Assembly (NCBI RefSeq): GCF_902652985.1
Contig: NC_047017.1
Location: 37,448,001 to 37,512,000, forward strand
DNA from: Pecten maximus
Taxonomy: Eukaryota
DNA length: 64,000 nucleotides
Reading direction: 5' to 3'
A model generated the notes under the pieces. The model did not search any database, was not told the DNA's origin, and worked only from the letters and a program-made list of their open reading frames with translations. The translations under genes were made by a program, and so were the position numbers. Each line of letters starts with the position of its first letter. Position 1 is the stretch's first letter. Below, piece by piece: positions 28,243 to 39,237 of this stretch.

Positions 28243-28305
28243 TAGCCCGAGTTCCCTCTGGCCCTGACACAGACATGGTGTCAGGGCCAGAGGAAACTCG
28301 GGCTA
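28243..28305. mobile_element. 63-bp hairpin MITE with TAG termini (Academ-like) downstream of the ZDHHC stop; copy at ~43167-43229
   Basis: tagcccgagttccctctggccctgacac / gtgtcagggccagaggaaactcgggcta 28-bp stem; near-perfect 9-bp TSD aggtttagc / atgtttagc. Confidence 0.65.
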
Positions 28306-28395
28306 ATGTTTAGCCAGCAAACCTTCATGTTTTAATTTCACTGTTTTTAACATGCATCAATGAAACGATATCACAAGGAAATAAAATGCTATGCA

Positions 28396-29412
28396 TTATT
28401 TATTGTCATCACCGACATCCTTTACAATTGTATCTTTATATGGAGTCTGTGGAATAGGCAGAGGTAGAATCATTGTTATTAACCAGTATCTTCCGAAAAC
28501 ATCCAGGAAATTATCAATCTTTGATTTAGAAACTGTTCCACCTCCAATCGACGTGGCTTCATGTGTAGTCTGTCCCGCCATAGTGATTTGTAACTGCCAA
28601 AACCACAAGCCGGCGGCTATGAGTCCTGCCGTTAGACAAGCATACATGAGAAACAAAAGGAATATATAACCCAGCTCAACTTGAACATTCGTGGCTATTT
28701 TTCCAACCATGTCAATCAACAGGAATATAAATGTCTGTGGACCATGGAATGTGACATTATATAACTTTTTTAAGTGTACCACAATCATAATCATTCCATA
28801 GAACGTGCCGACCATCATGTAGAAGCAGTACATAACGAAGAACTTCTGGTTGAAGTAGCCGACGCACACAGTCATAAAGAAACAGTGGTGATCGCGCTTT
28901 AGGATGCAAGTCTGACACAACACACAGTGATGTGACCTGGGAGGAGGAACTATGTGACAAATCTCACAATACTTCTGGTCGTTGTCCGCATTTTTACCTC
29001 CTCCGTCATTTTTCTTGCCTTTACTCTTTGTCTCACTTGTTTTCCTTTTCCTTGCCATGCTAGATCCATTTTCCACCAACCGACCCTTCTTATCAGTATG
29101 TTTAACAGTGTGCTTTAGTTGACAACCTTTGTCGTTACATGGACTGTCAGGCTTAGCTAAGCTGTTAACTGCACTCACTTTCATGCTATTTCCGGATTTT
29201 ACCGCACGTTTGATACTTGTATCAGTGAAGACACACAGAACGAAGTTACCTACAGCATTGATAAAAGTAAACAAGACGAACAGTCTGTGTTGGCGTAATC
29301 GGCCTCTGTCACCCACATACAAGTCCGGTAGTATTTCTGACCAACATACCACAGTAACGACAAGGGTCATTAATGTAAAGTAGAAACATAAGAACAAGTT
29401 TCCAACTGCCAT
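28396..29412 (-). CDS. DHHC palmitoyltransferase, ZDHHC22-like, copy 1 (single coding exon; lacks the N-terminal 18 aa of copy 2)
   Basis: DHHC-CRD YCEICHIVPPPRSHHCVLCQTCILKRDHHCFFMTVCVGYFNQKFF, four hydrophobic segments, GQTTHE (TTxE) and NFLDVFGRYW. NAVGNF and DHHCFF are shared with ZDHHC22. Confidence 0.88.
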   Translation of the reverse strand: MAVGNLFLCFYFTLMTLVVTVVCWSEILPDLYVGDRGRLRQHRLFVLFTFINAVGNFVLCVFTDTSIKRAVKSGNSMKVSAVNSLAKPDSPCNDKGCQLKHTVKHTDKKGRLVENGSSMARKRKTSETKSKGKKNDGGGKNADNDQKYCEICHIVPPPRSHHCVLCQTCILKRDHHCFFMTVCVGYFNQKFFVMYCFYMMVGTFYGMIMIVVHLKKLYNVTFHGPQTFIFLLIDMVGKIATNVQVELGYIFLLFLMYACLTAGLIAAGLWFWQLQITMAGQTTHEATSIGGGTVSKSKIDNFLDVFGRYWLITMILPLPIPQTPYKDTIVKDVGDDNK

Positions 29413-29926
29413 CAACCGAATCCTGAAAGTGTAACAACACAGACTGGCTACACTCTGTCCGGACTCGGGAACACAAGGTTGTGTTAGTATACTAAGTATC
29501 TGGACTGTTGTATTTGACTTATACGACTGGCGATCAGTAATCCGATAAGTAGATCAACATTAGCGGTATAAAATGTGTATTTGTTTGAACATATGCAGTG
29601 ACACACAGTTGATGTTTACAGGTAAACCTATATTGCTTATATTGCCTACACAGGTAAAACACCCCGGCAGATCAATAATGTAAATTCCCAGTATTGATAA
29701 ACAAGTCTTACCGAGGCAACGACATGCCTTGCTGGTACGATTTATTATCGTATAATTTCCGTTGAACAGAAAGCGAACTTTTATTCCTTCGAATATTGTA
29801 ATTTAACATTTTGGCTTGACAGGAGTAAGTCGATAACCATCCACGGCGTTGGTCAGCATTTTGTCGAATAAGAACTCTCCAATCCTAAAGTGATTTTACA
29901 ATGCGTTCGAAATGTCTGGGTTTAAA

Positions 29927-32175
29927 AACAAGAGGCCCATGGGCCTTAACGGTCACCTGAGATTTGAAATATTTCAGTTAATTTAATTTACCTTTTTTGG
30001 CCACACCCATCAGCCCAGCCCCTAGGGGTCAGTCAGGGCCAGCATGTGCATGCCATCAAATTGTCATCCCATGCTGATAATGTTAACCAAGTTAGAATGA
30101 ATTCCAATCAAAATCAAACAAATTAGAGTCAAAAATGTGATTTCCCTATATAAACTATAGTACATTTTACCCCCTCCCCAGGGGCAAACTTGAGACCCCA
30201 GGGTTATGAAATTCACAATTTTGGTAAAGTACCTTAAGACCCTTCCATCCATGAAGAGTATTTGATTTCATCATATCTCATTCTGAGAGAAGAGAAGATT
30301 TTTGAAATTTCAGTCAATTTGACCCTTTTTAGCCCCGCCCATCAGCCCCTGGGGGTCAGTCAGGGCCAACATGTACATGCCATCAAACTGTCATCCAATG
30401 CTGATAATGTTAACCAAGTTAGAATGAATTCCAATTGAAATAAAACAAATTATAGTCAAAAATGTGATTTCCCTAAATAAACTATAGTAAAGTTTACCTC
30501 CTCCCCAGGGGCAAACGTGAGACCCCAGGGTCATAAAATTCACAATTTCAGTAAAGCACCTTAAGGCCCTTTTTATTTATGAAGATTATTTGATTCCATC
30601 ATATCTGAGAGTAGAGAAGAAGATTTTTGAAATTTCAGTCAATTTGACCCTTTTAGCCCCGCCCATTAGCCCCTGGGGGTCAGTCAGGGCCAACATGTGC
30701 ATGCCATCAAACTGTCATCCAATGCTGATAATGTTAACCAAGTTAGAATGAATTCCAATTGAAATCAAACAAATTATAGTCAAAAATGTGATTTCCCTAT
30801 ATAAACTATAGTAAAGTTTACCCCCTCCCCAGGGGCAAATGTGAGACCCCTGGGTCATGAAATTCACAATTTTGTTAAAGCACTTTAAGACCCTTCCATC
30901 TATGAAGAGTATTTGATTCCACCATATCTGAGAGTAGAGAAGAAGATTTTTGAAATTTCAGTCAATTTGACCCTTTTTAGCCCCGCCCATTAGCCCCTGG
31001 GGGTCAGTCAGGGCCAACATGCGCATGCCATCAAACTGTCATCCAATGCTGATAATGTTAACCAAGTTAGAATGAATTCCAATTGAAATCAAACAAATTA
31101 TAGTCAAAAATGTGATTTCCCTAAATAAACTATAGTAAAGTTTACCTCCTCCCCAGGGGCAAACGTGAGACCCCAGGGTCATAAAATTCACAATTTCAGT
31201 AAAGCACCTTAAGACCCTTTTTAGTTATGAAGATTATTTGATTCCATCATATTAGAGTAGAGAAGAAGATTTTTGAAATTTCAGTCAATTTGACCCTTTT
31301 TAGCCCCGCCCATCAGCCCCTGGGGGTCAGTCAGGGCCAACATGTGTATGCCATCAAACTGTCATCCAATGCTGATAATGTTAACCAAGTTAGAATGAAT
31401 TCCAATTGAAATCAAACAAATTATAGTCAAAAATGTGATTTCCCTATATAAACTATAGTAAAGTTTACCCCCTCCCCAGGGGCAAATGTGAGACCCCTGG
31501 GTCATGAAATTCACAATTTTGTTAAAGCACTTTAAGACCCTTCCATCTATGAAGAGTATTTGATTCCACCATATCTGAGAGTAGAGAAGAAGATTTTTGA
31601 AATTTCAGTCAATTTGACCCTTTTTAGCCCCGCCCATTAGCCCCTGGGGGTCAGTCAGGGCCAACATGTGCATGCCATCAAACTGTCATCCAATGCTGAT
31701 AATGTTAACCAAGTTAGAATGAATTCCAATTGAAATCAAACAAATTATAGTCAAAAATGTGATTTCCCTATATAAACTATAGTAAAGTTTACCCCCTCCC
31801 CAGGGGCAAACGTGAGACCCCTGGGTCATGAAATTCACAATTTTGGTAAAGCACCTTAAGACCCTTCCATCTATGAAGAGTATTTGATTCCACCATATCT
31901 GAGAGTAGAGAAGAAGATTTTTGAAGTTTTAGTCAATTTGACCCATTTTAGCCCCGCCCCTCAGGCCCCTGGGGGGTGGGGACCATATAATTCACAATTT
32001 TGGTTGACCTTTAGCCATAGAAGCTTCCAGCCAAATTTCATTGAATTTGGTTCAGGGGTTTTGGAGAAGAAGTCGAAAATGTAAATTGTTTACGGACGGA
32101 CGACGGACGACGCACGACGACGGACAAAAGGGGATTAGAATAGGTCACATGAGACTTTGTCTCAGGTGACCTAAA
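29927..32175 (+). mobile_element. HINE-like non-autonomous Helentron with ~6 x 324-bp tandem repeats; absent from duplicate copy 2
   Basis: 5' aacaagaggcccatgggccttaacggtcacctgag; repeat anchors at 30351, 30675, 30999, 31322, 31646; GGAC/GAC tract; 3' hairpin aggtcacatgagac-ttt-gtctcaggtgacct. Empty A-run site at ~44912-44925. Confidence 0.9.
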
Positions 32176-32702
32176 AACTTACTTACGATTTTGGGTAGCA
32201 TATTCGTGTGTTAAATTTAACTGGAACATACTTGAATTCACCGTGGGTTTGTGAACCCGGATGTGATGTACAATTTAGTCGTAATCTGCCCATGTTTCAA
32301 TGTAATTAAAGATCCAAGTGATAGGCTGACGTGACAGAGACGTGGTCTACATTTTTTTCTTTATACAACACTTTTTTGGATTTTTTAAGTGTCCACATTA
32401 CACTATCTTAATCATGATGTACACTTACTATAACATCATGACTGAATCGTTCACTTTGGTGATGCGGATGGCAATAAGTTTTGACGAAGACTTAGTTTAA
32501 TAATGGGTCGAAACTTCAATAAAACGTTGATAAGGTTTTTTTGTGAATTTTTGGCATATAATGTAAAGGAACACTACATCATTTAATGTGGTCTTGGCAT
32601 CGAGATTGAATTTTATATTTTAAGCTAGTAAATATTTTGTGATGATGGATTTATTCGACTCCAACAGCATATTCCGAAGTGTCAAAACTTTAGTGCCTCA
32701 AT

Positions 32703-32923
32703 GGGGCCGCGGTGGCCGAGTGGTTAAGGTGTCCCGACACTTTATCACTAGCCCTCCACCTCTGGGTTGCGAGTTCGAAACCTACGTGGGGCAGTTGCCA
32801 GGTACTGACCGAAGGCCGGTGGTTTTTCTCCGGGTACTCCGGCTTTCCTCCACCTCCAAACCTGGCACGTCCTTAAATGACCCTGGCTGTTAATAGGACG
32901 TTAAACAAAAACAAACACAAACA
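32703..32923 (+). mobile_element. tRNA-derived SINE with V-domain-like core; absent from copy 2
   Basis: A-box tggccgagtggttaagg, B-box gagttcgaaacc, core tttttctccgggtactccggctttcctcc, A/C-rich tail. 13-bp TSD ttagtgcctcaat (32690-32702, 32924-32936); empty site at ~45371-45384. Confidence 0.92.
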
Positions 32924-33464
32924 TTAGTGCCTCAATAGCCGTTGGATCCTTGGTTTTTACTGCAAGTTTCTCTCATAATCAAAGACAACATCAGCTTTTT
33001 TTTAATCATGTTAAGTAAAAACATAAACGCAGTACATCTGAAATGATCTTACAATGGATACCTTTCTAAGCAAATTGAGAGTTACGTCAGTGGAGTCAAA
33101 ATTAATGAGACTACAGCATACATCTCGATATTCAGAAAACTGTCAGTACACTGTAATCACATGAACTAAAACGTGACAAGAAAGTTAAAATGGACCTCGA
33201 GGATTGAAAATCAACTAGCAGTCCCCACCTGCAGTCCCAAAGAATTGTACCAAAGACACACAATACATTAGGATAAAATGTGGTTTATTTCATTAAAGAA
33301 TAATCAAGAACATTGTTTACAATGTTATTTCAAAAGTGGGTTTCGAAGTGTACACTATGTGAACACAATAATTTTGTTACGTGTACGCTATTTTTTACTA
33401 TCGTTAACTAAAGCATCTTATCTAACACACTGTCAATTTATAACTGTGGAGAAAACGATATATA

Positions 33465-34440
33465 TCAGTAACATCAGAAAGAAGAGGTACATGAATGTCA
33501 GTAAGAAGAGATATATAAAGGTCAGTAAAAAGATACATAAGTGTCAGTAAGATGAGATACATAAAGGTTAGTAAGAAAAGATACATAAAGGTCAGTAAGA
33601 AGAGATACATACATGGGAGAGTATGCCAGTCCAAGAGATTATGTGTTCTATAACCAGTCATGGAGAGTGTGTGTTCTGTAACCAGTCATGGAGAGTGTGT
33701 GTGTTCTGTAACCAGTCATGGAGAGTGTGTGTGTTCTGTAACCAGTCATGGAGAGTGTGTGTGTTCTATAACCAGTCATGGAGTGTGTGTGTGTGTTCTG
33801 TAACCAGTCATGGAGAGTGTGTGTTCTGTAACCAGCCCGGGAGAGTGTTCGTTCTATAACCAGTCAGGAGAGTATGTGTTGTATAACAAGTCCGAGAGAG
33901 TATGTGTTCTAAACCAAGTCCGAGAGAGTATGTGTTCTAAACCAAGTCCGAGAGAGTATGTGTTCTATAACAAGTCCGAGAGAGTATGTGTTCTATAACA
34001 AGTCCGAGAGTATGTGTTCTGTAACCAGCTCGGGAGAGTGTGTGTTCTATAATCAGCCCGGGAGAGTGTGCGTTCCCTTTACCAGTTCGGGAGAGTATGC
34101 GTTCTTTAACCAGATCGGCAGAGTGTGTGTTCTCTCACCAGCCCGGGAGAGTGTGTGTTCCTTCACCAGCCTGGAAGAGTATGTGTTCCCTCACCAGCCT
34201 GGGAGAGTATGTGTTCCCTTTCCAGCCTGGGAGAGTATGTGTTCCCTCACCAGCCTGGGAGAGTTTGTGTTCCCTCACCAGCCCGGGAGAGTATGTGTTT
34301 CCTTACCAGCCCAGGAGAGTATGCGTTTTCTTACCAGCCCGGGAGAGTATGCGTTCCCTTACCAGCCAAGGAGAGTATGCGTTTCCTTACCAGCCCGGGA
34401 GAGTATGCGTTTCCTTACTAGCCCGGGAGGGTATGCGTCT
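33465..34440 (+). repeat. Compound minisatellite: 24-bp unit (~5 copies) then ~28-32-bp gagagtatgtgttc...accagc units
   Basis: Tandem periodicity seen directly; the ORFs here are repeat artefacts. Confidence 0.9.
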
Positions 34441-34790
34441 GCTCTCTTAATAATTTTAAAATTACGCATTGGTAAGAACGTTATGCTATGATAATAATGC
34501 AGATTATTAAACAAGTTTAGTTTATTAGTGACATGAAATAGGCCCAGTTTAACGGACCAGATGTAATACTAATACTATATAACATGAAATATTGTGTGTA
34601 CTTTCTTTCGTAATATTGGAGTTTACAAAACAATTTCCATTATAATCTTAGTTAACAATAATGTAACAATAAACATACACAAAATATTCGTTGTTGCATA
34701 GCAACCAAGAAAACAATTAAAGTTTAGACACAAAATGAATGGTCCATGTTATACTGTAAAGAAAACAAATAATACATATAATTGACAAAA

Positions 34791-35927
34791 TTACCCACGC
34801 AAATATAGTCTCGGGTGATTGAGAAAAGTCACGATATTGTTCATTTCCTGCTGCAGTACGTCTTTATCCTTGCTGGAGAGCAGATTAACCCCGGTATGGA
34901 AGTACAGTGGAAGATTTCCCCTCTGGAGATAACCCAGCAGACGATACGTCATTGACTCCACACGGGTCGCCAATAGTTCCTGCTGCCATTCGGTATCTAA
35001 TGGGTGATACTCACACTCCCAGAACAGCACGTTCTTCAGGTGGTATGATGTTAGACCTTTTCTGGCATTATGATTGCACCATGTTTTTTCTTTTAAAGTC
35101 TTCAGAATACGAAGGCATTTCCTCCTGCATGTCCCGTTTTCGTCGATGCTTTCCAGAAGCTCCTTTTCACATGCAGCAAAAGACAATGTCCAATAAAATG
35201 GCGCCTTGGCTACAACATGTATCCCGATATCCTTGATACAGGAAATCTTTTGATCTGACGGCCATTCTCGGTCTTGTATTGGCATTGGCCAATTGAATTC
35301 ATTTTTAAATTCCACACTTGCTTCAATCATGGGGCACAAATCAATGCTGATTGGATAGCTAATATTCGGAAATGTTATGGAAAGTGTTATTGCTGGGGAA
35401 TCAGACATACGATCTGCCGTGACACGGTTTCTCATCTTCGGCTGGTTCACCGCCTCGGCTATAAGAGCCTTGAATCTTCTCTTAACTTTGATCGGCACTA
35501 TATCGTTATTAAACGTCATGCTCGCTCCACCATCGTTAAGTCTTTCGGAATCCCACCTTGCTACTAGACTGCCATATTCAATGAAACATTGGCCAGCAGG
35601 AGGGTTTGGTAGAGCAATCGCCGTGCTCTCTATATTTTTCTTAGATTTATCAAAGTCATAGTTTCTTGGACAAAATTTGTTTGACCAATACAGTTTCCCT
35701 ACATCGACGATTACACTGAAATCAAACTCGTCTGGCCTCTCTACTTTGAGATGTGTGTGGTAGCTCCCAACCTTCACTGTTGGGATCAGAAATCGGCTGT
35801 CTCTCTGATTAACATACCTTAGTAACTCGTCCACCAGTGGTAACACCTCTTTAGTAACCCTCTTTGTTTCGTCACGTCTCATTTTCACATTATTCTCATA
35901 AAAATGGTTCAGAATTGTGTTATCCAT
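34791..35927 (-). CDS. cGAS-like receptor (cGLR, Mab21-family nucleotidyltransferase), subtype A copy 1, 378 aa
   Basis: NTase signature KVGSYHTHLKVERPDEFDF, third acid ISIDLCP, VVAK..WTLSFAACEKELL, and Mab21_C TSYHLKNVLFWECE..P...W and LPLYFHTGVNLL. Uninterrupted ORF. Confidence 0.92.
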   Translation of the reverse strand: MDNTILNHFYENNVKMRRDETKRVTKEVLPLVDELLRYVNQRDSRFLIPTVKVGSYHTHLKVERPDEFDFSVIVDVGKLYWSNKFCPRNYDFDKSKKNIESTAIALPNPPAGQCFIEYGSLVARWDSERLNDGGASMTFNNDIVPIKVKRRFKALIAEAVNQPKMRNRVTADRMSDSPAITLSITFPNISYPISIDLCPMIEASVEFKNEFNWPMPIQDREWPSDQKISCIKDIGIHVVAKAPFYWTLSFAACEKELLESIDENGTCRRKCLRILKTLKEKTWCNHNARKGLTSYHLKNVLFWECEYHPLDTEWQQELLATRVESMTYRLLGYLQRGNLPLYFHTGVNLLSSKDKDVLQQEMNNIVTFLNHPRLYLRG

Positions 35928-36038
35928 TGCTATTTAGTAACGTTCATACAATCTGCCGAGGTATACCTTCACAATTCGGGAACAGACCGGTTGAATGTGA
36001 GTAGCAAGCACTGCGATAGCTAGGCCTATTGATATCCC

Positions 36039-36346
36039 GGGATTTCCGTCTAATTATAGAGCTGACAACTAAAGTGTATCTATTTTTAGCTCTTCTCTGC
36101 TTTCCAGAAACATGCAAGTACACTTTGTACATTGATTCAGTCAAAGTTTTTAATATAGACTGTCATCCGTAGGAGGTGTAGAAGTACGGAATGGTATCAA
36201 TCTGTTAACAACGTGTTAAACCGTTGAATACAGTGGTAAAGTCCCGTTCTGATCGTTTATATAGATATCCTCCTCCCTGTTGAGGTCCCTGTTACAAAAG
36301 TATCGAGTTCCGAGAAAATCAAGCGGTTACTTTCATTTTCGCTTTT
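36039..36346 (-). promoter_or_regulatory. Putative immune-inducible promoter of cGLR-A1 (ISRE + GAS + TATA + kB)
   Basis: Minus strand AAAAGCGAAAATGAAAGT (36329-36346), TTCCGAGAA (36308-36316), TATATAAA (36256-36263) and GGGATTTCC (36039-36047). Conserved at ~49818-50124. Confidence 0.55.
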
Positions 36347-37228
36347 GGTAAATTCCAAACGAACGCTTACTATCTGGTCAATTATTACGTAGTAAACATA
36401 TTAAACACGAAATAAACCCTTTCTTGTTATTATTACCTGGTTAAACACGAGTTAAACCCCGTCGCGTCAAGTGATTATTACTTGGTTAAACACGAGGTTA
36501 CATTGTTTGTGATTATGATATCAAAATAGTAAATTGTTCACAAAATATACCAACCCATATTGTCACGAAGACAATATATATATATAACTCAACTTTACCG
36601 AAACGTAGCTAAATTAGATCTATTGATAGTTTGACCAAGCTAACCTGCAAAATGTACACAATTCATGTATAATTGGTATGATTTCATAAGTTTATACAAA
36701 CCAAACGATCAAAATTGCACATAGAAAATCGCAAACATAAAAAAATGTAAACATGAACGGATTAGTAAGTTTCTATTTATAGGACTTCACCTGTATATAG
36801 ATTTGGAGTTCCGAGTAAATCCGGTGGTTTTATTTTCGATTTATGCTAGAATACTCATGGAAGAGATACCATCCATAAGCATTTATTGATTTAAGCAGAA
36901 AACCAATTCTGCAATAAATTACAGGGATGAATTATTTGCATCAAAATTGACAAATTTTTTTGCTATTTAAACTCATTTTCGGTTTTCATTTGTCATTACA
37001 CAGACGCCTGCTTCTGATTTGTATTTAAAGAATTAAGAAGAAAAAGTATTAGGAGTTTTTGTTATTTTTCAAAAAATACTAACTAAAAGCAGACGCCTGT
37101 GGCCATTAGCTCTAACTAGGTCACGGGCCCATTACACATTAGTCCGATACTCACAATTCACCATACCGCGTTCAATATAATTGTGATTTTGGTCAAATTC
37201 ATTTCGCTTAAATCATAAAAAGAAATTG

Positions 37229-37425
37229 AATAAAACACATATTACCAATTAAATAAAACGGATATTACCAACAAGATAAAACACATATTATGAATTAGAT
37301 AAACACATACAATGTATTACCAATTAAATAATACACATATCATCAATTAGATAAAACACATATTTCCAATTAAATAAGTACATATAATCAATTAGGTAAA
37401 ACACATGCATGTATTACCAATTAAA
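37229..37425 (+). repeat. AT-rich ~24-bp tandem repeat (also ~38230-38390, 51019-51260, 51750-51910)
   Basis: aataaaacacatattaccaattaa units. Confidence 0.8.
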
Positions 37426-38689
37426 ACCGCCAAGTAAATAGTTCTCATTGAATACTATTTTCTTTAGAAAGAGAGACAATCACTCACCTATTATGAGAAT
37501 GCACTGAAGTGTACAACTTTTTATCAAATTTTGAAAATCTCTAAGGACATTATTGTCATTCCGTTTTCAATCAATAAAGAAATACAATGTTTTTTGGACT
37601 GATTAATCAAACTGCATTATATAATAGGATTGATAAATTGATAACGAATTTTTTGTCTGTACTAAGCGTTACATCTACACCAAATGGTATGCCTTTAGTT
37701 AATTGCATTAAAGATTGCTATACGGTTCTGAATATATTGCATATTGCAGAATCGGATAAAATCAGTTGAACTTGTCTAACCCTGACAGTTATGCATCTCA
37801 CAGTATGTCTACACGTATATTATCCTCCCTTTTATACCTATTATGTTATACTTTCTAATTCTGTCGTCTTCACTTTCGATTTTCAGTAACTTGATTTAAA
37901 TAGGACCATATATGGAACTCATTTTCCATATTTTAGTTATTTTTTCATGTAAAAACGATACATACAGGCTTGACTATGCCTGTTCGTTAAAATGCTCGTT
38001 CCCTTCTCCTGTTTTTCTCCATTCAGACATCTTCATCAATGCCTCTATCTATTTCTTCTTTCTTTGTTTTATTTTTCCTTTTCTATTTCCTCTTTTCTAC
38101 TTTCCTTTTCTCTCACTAAAAAATGAGAGAGAAAATATGAATTTCGTGGTGTATGGATAAAAATCATTTTGTATATTGACACAAATATATTATTTTGTCA
38201 TTGTTTAAAACTGTTGAAAAAAAATAATAATAAAACATATTATCAATCAAATTAAAAACATTACCAATTAAATAAAACCTATTACCAGCAAAATAAAACA
38301 CATATTACCAATTAAATAAAACACATATTACCAATTAAATAAAACACATATAACCAATTAAATAAAACACATATTTCCTAATAGATAAGACACATGGGTG
38401 TGTGATTAAGTATATGTATTGTAAGGCTGTTAGAGTTATACTACTACATACCACTTTCGGTACCCAGTAACTATTACTTACAGTTACAATACTTGATCTG
38501 CTTAAATGATATTCTACAAACGGTAAAATGGAAGACTTGTCCAGAACCCGTTGAGAAATTTAGCAACATTGTTTTAAGACATTTAAGACGGATTGGTACT
38601 AAACATTCTGTTACATTTTGTATGTATTGATGGAAAGACACAAAACAAAAGAGCACATGTTCCAAAACACGCTGCATTAAAAAACTCAA

Positions 38690-38990
38690 CAAAGGGAAAC
38701 CGAATGTTGTTATGGCCAGAATTACTCAGAACGGCTGTGCGACAAATGTCACGTGACTGCTTCGTGTCAAGGTTTGTTTTCAATGTTCTAGAAGCATGAG
38801 GTAAGATTTGAAAAATACATCGGAGTTTCCAGTCCAAAATAAGCCATTCACGTGATAACTGATAATGATAAACAAGGAAGCTTTATCACACTGTTATGCA
38901 ATAGATTGTATATTTAGTGTAGGCAAAATCATGAGTTGTGACTTTAAAATAGAATGTAAGAACGGAAATGCGCCAGTCTTACATAGACAT
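38690..38990 (+). promoter_or_regulatory. Putative cGLR-B promoter and 5'-UTR intron
   Basis: IRF-like ggaaaccgaat, palindromic gtcacgtgac E-box/CLEAR motif, GAG|GTAAGA donor at 38801 and candidate acceptor cttacatAG at ~38986. Conserved before B1 and B2. Confidence 0.45.
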
Positions 38991-39030
38991 TGCCTGTGTA
39001 TGTTGGTATAGAGTTATATACAACTGAAAA

Positions 39031-39237
39031 ATGGATAACTATGCCCTCAACTGTTACTGTGATGAAAAGGTGTTGATGAAGAGAAACGAAACAAAAAGGA
39101 ATGTCAAGGAAGTGCTTCCTCTTGTCAATGAGATATTGAGATACGTAAATGAACGAGACAAACGTTTTCTGATACAACCACTGAGGATGGGCAGTTATGA
39201 TACGCACCTGAAGGTGGAGAGGGCAGACGAATTTTGA
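39031..39237 (+). pseudogene. Truncated cGLR subtype B (68 aa) cut by the duplication breakpoint
   Basis: Near-identical to the first 68 aa of 52592-53716; ends ...KVERADEF* where the sequence switches to the 24311 duplicate. Confidence 0.9.

Larger units (their letters stand above)
24311..39230 (+). repeat. Segmental tandem duplication, copy 1 (14,920 bp)
   Basis: Sequence from 24311 (attttgaatatacatgtaga) recurs at 39231. The unit holds a DIRS relic, ZDHHC, cGLR-A and the 5' part of cGLR-B. Confidence 0.95.

Noticed and set aside
33623-34491. Cys-rich repetitive ORFs
   Set aside because: Minisatellite translation in all frames; no splice or homology support.
38593-38799. Conserved 68-aa ORF upstream of each cGLR-B (also 52116, 57666)
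   Set aside because: Starts at TTG, overlaps the putative promoter, and its conservation is explained by recent duplication.
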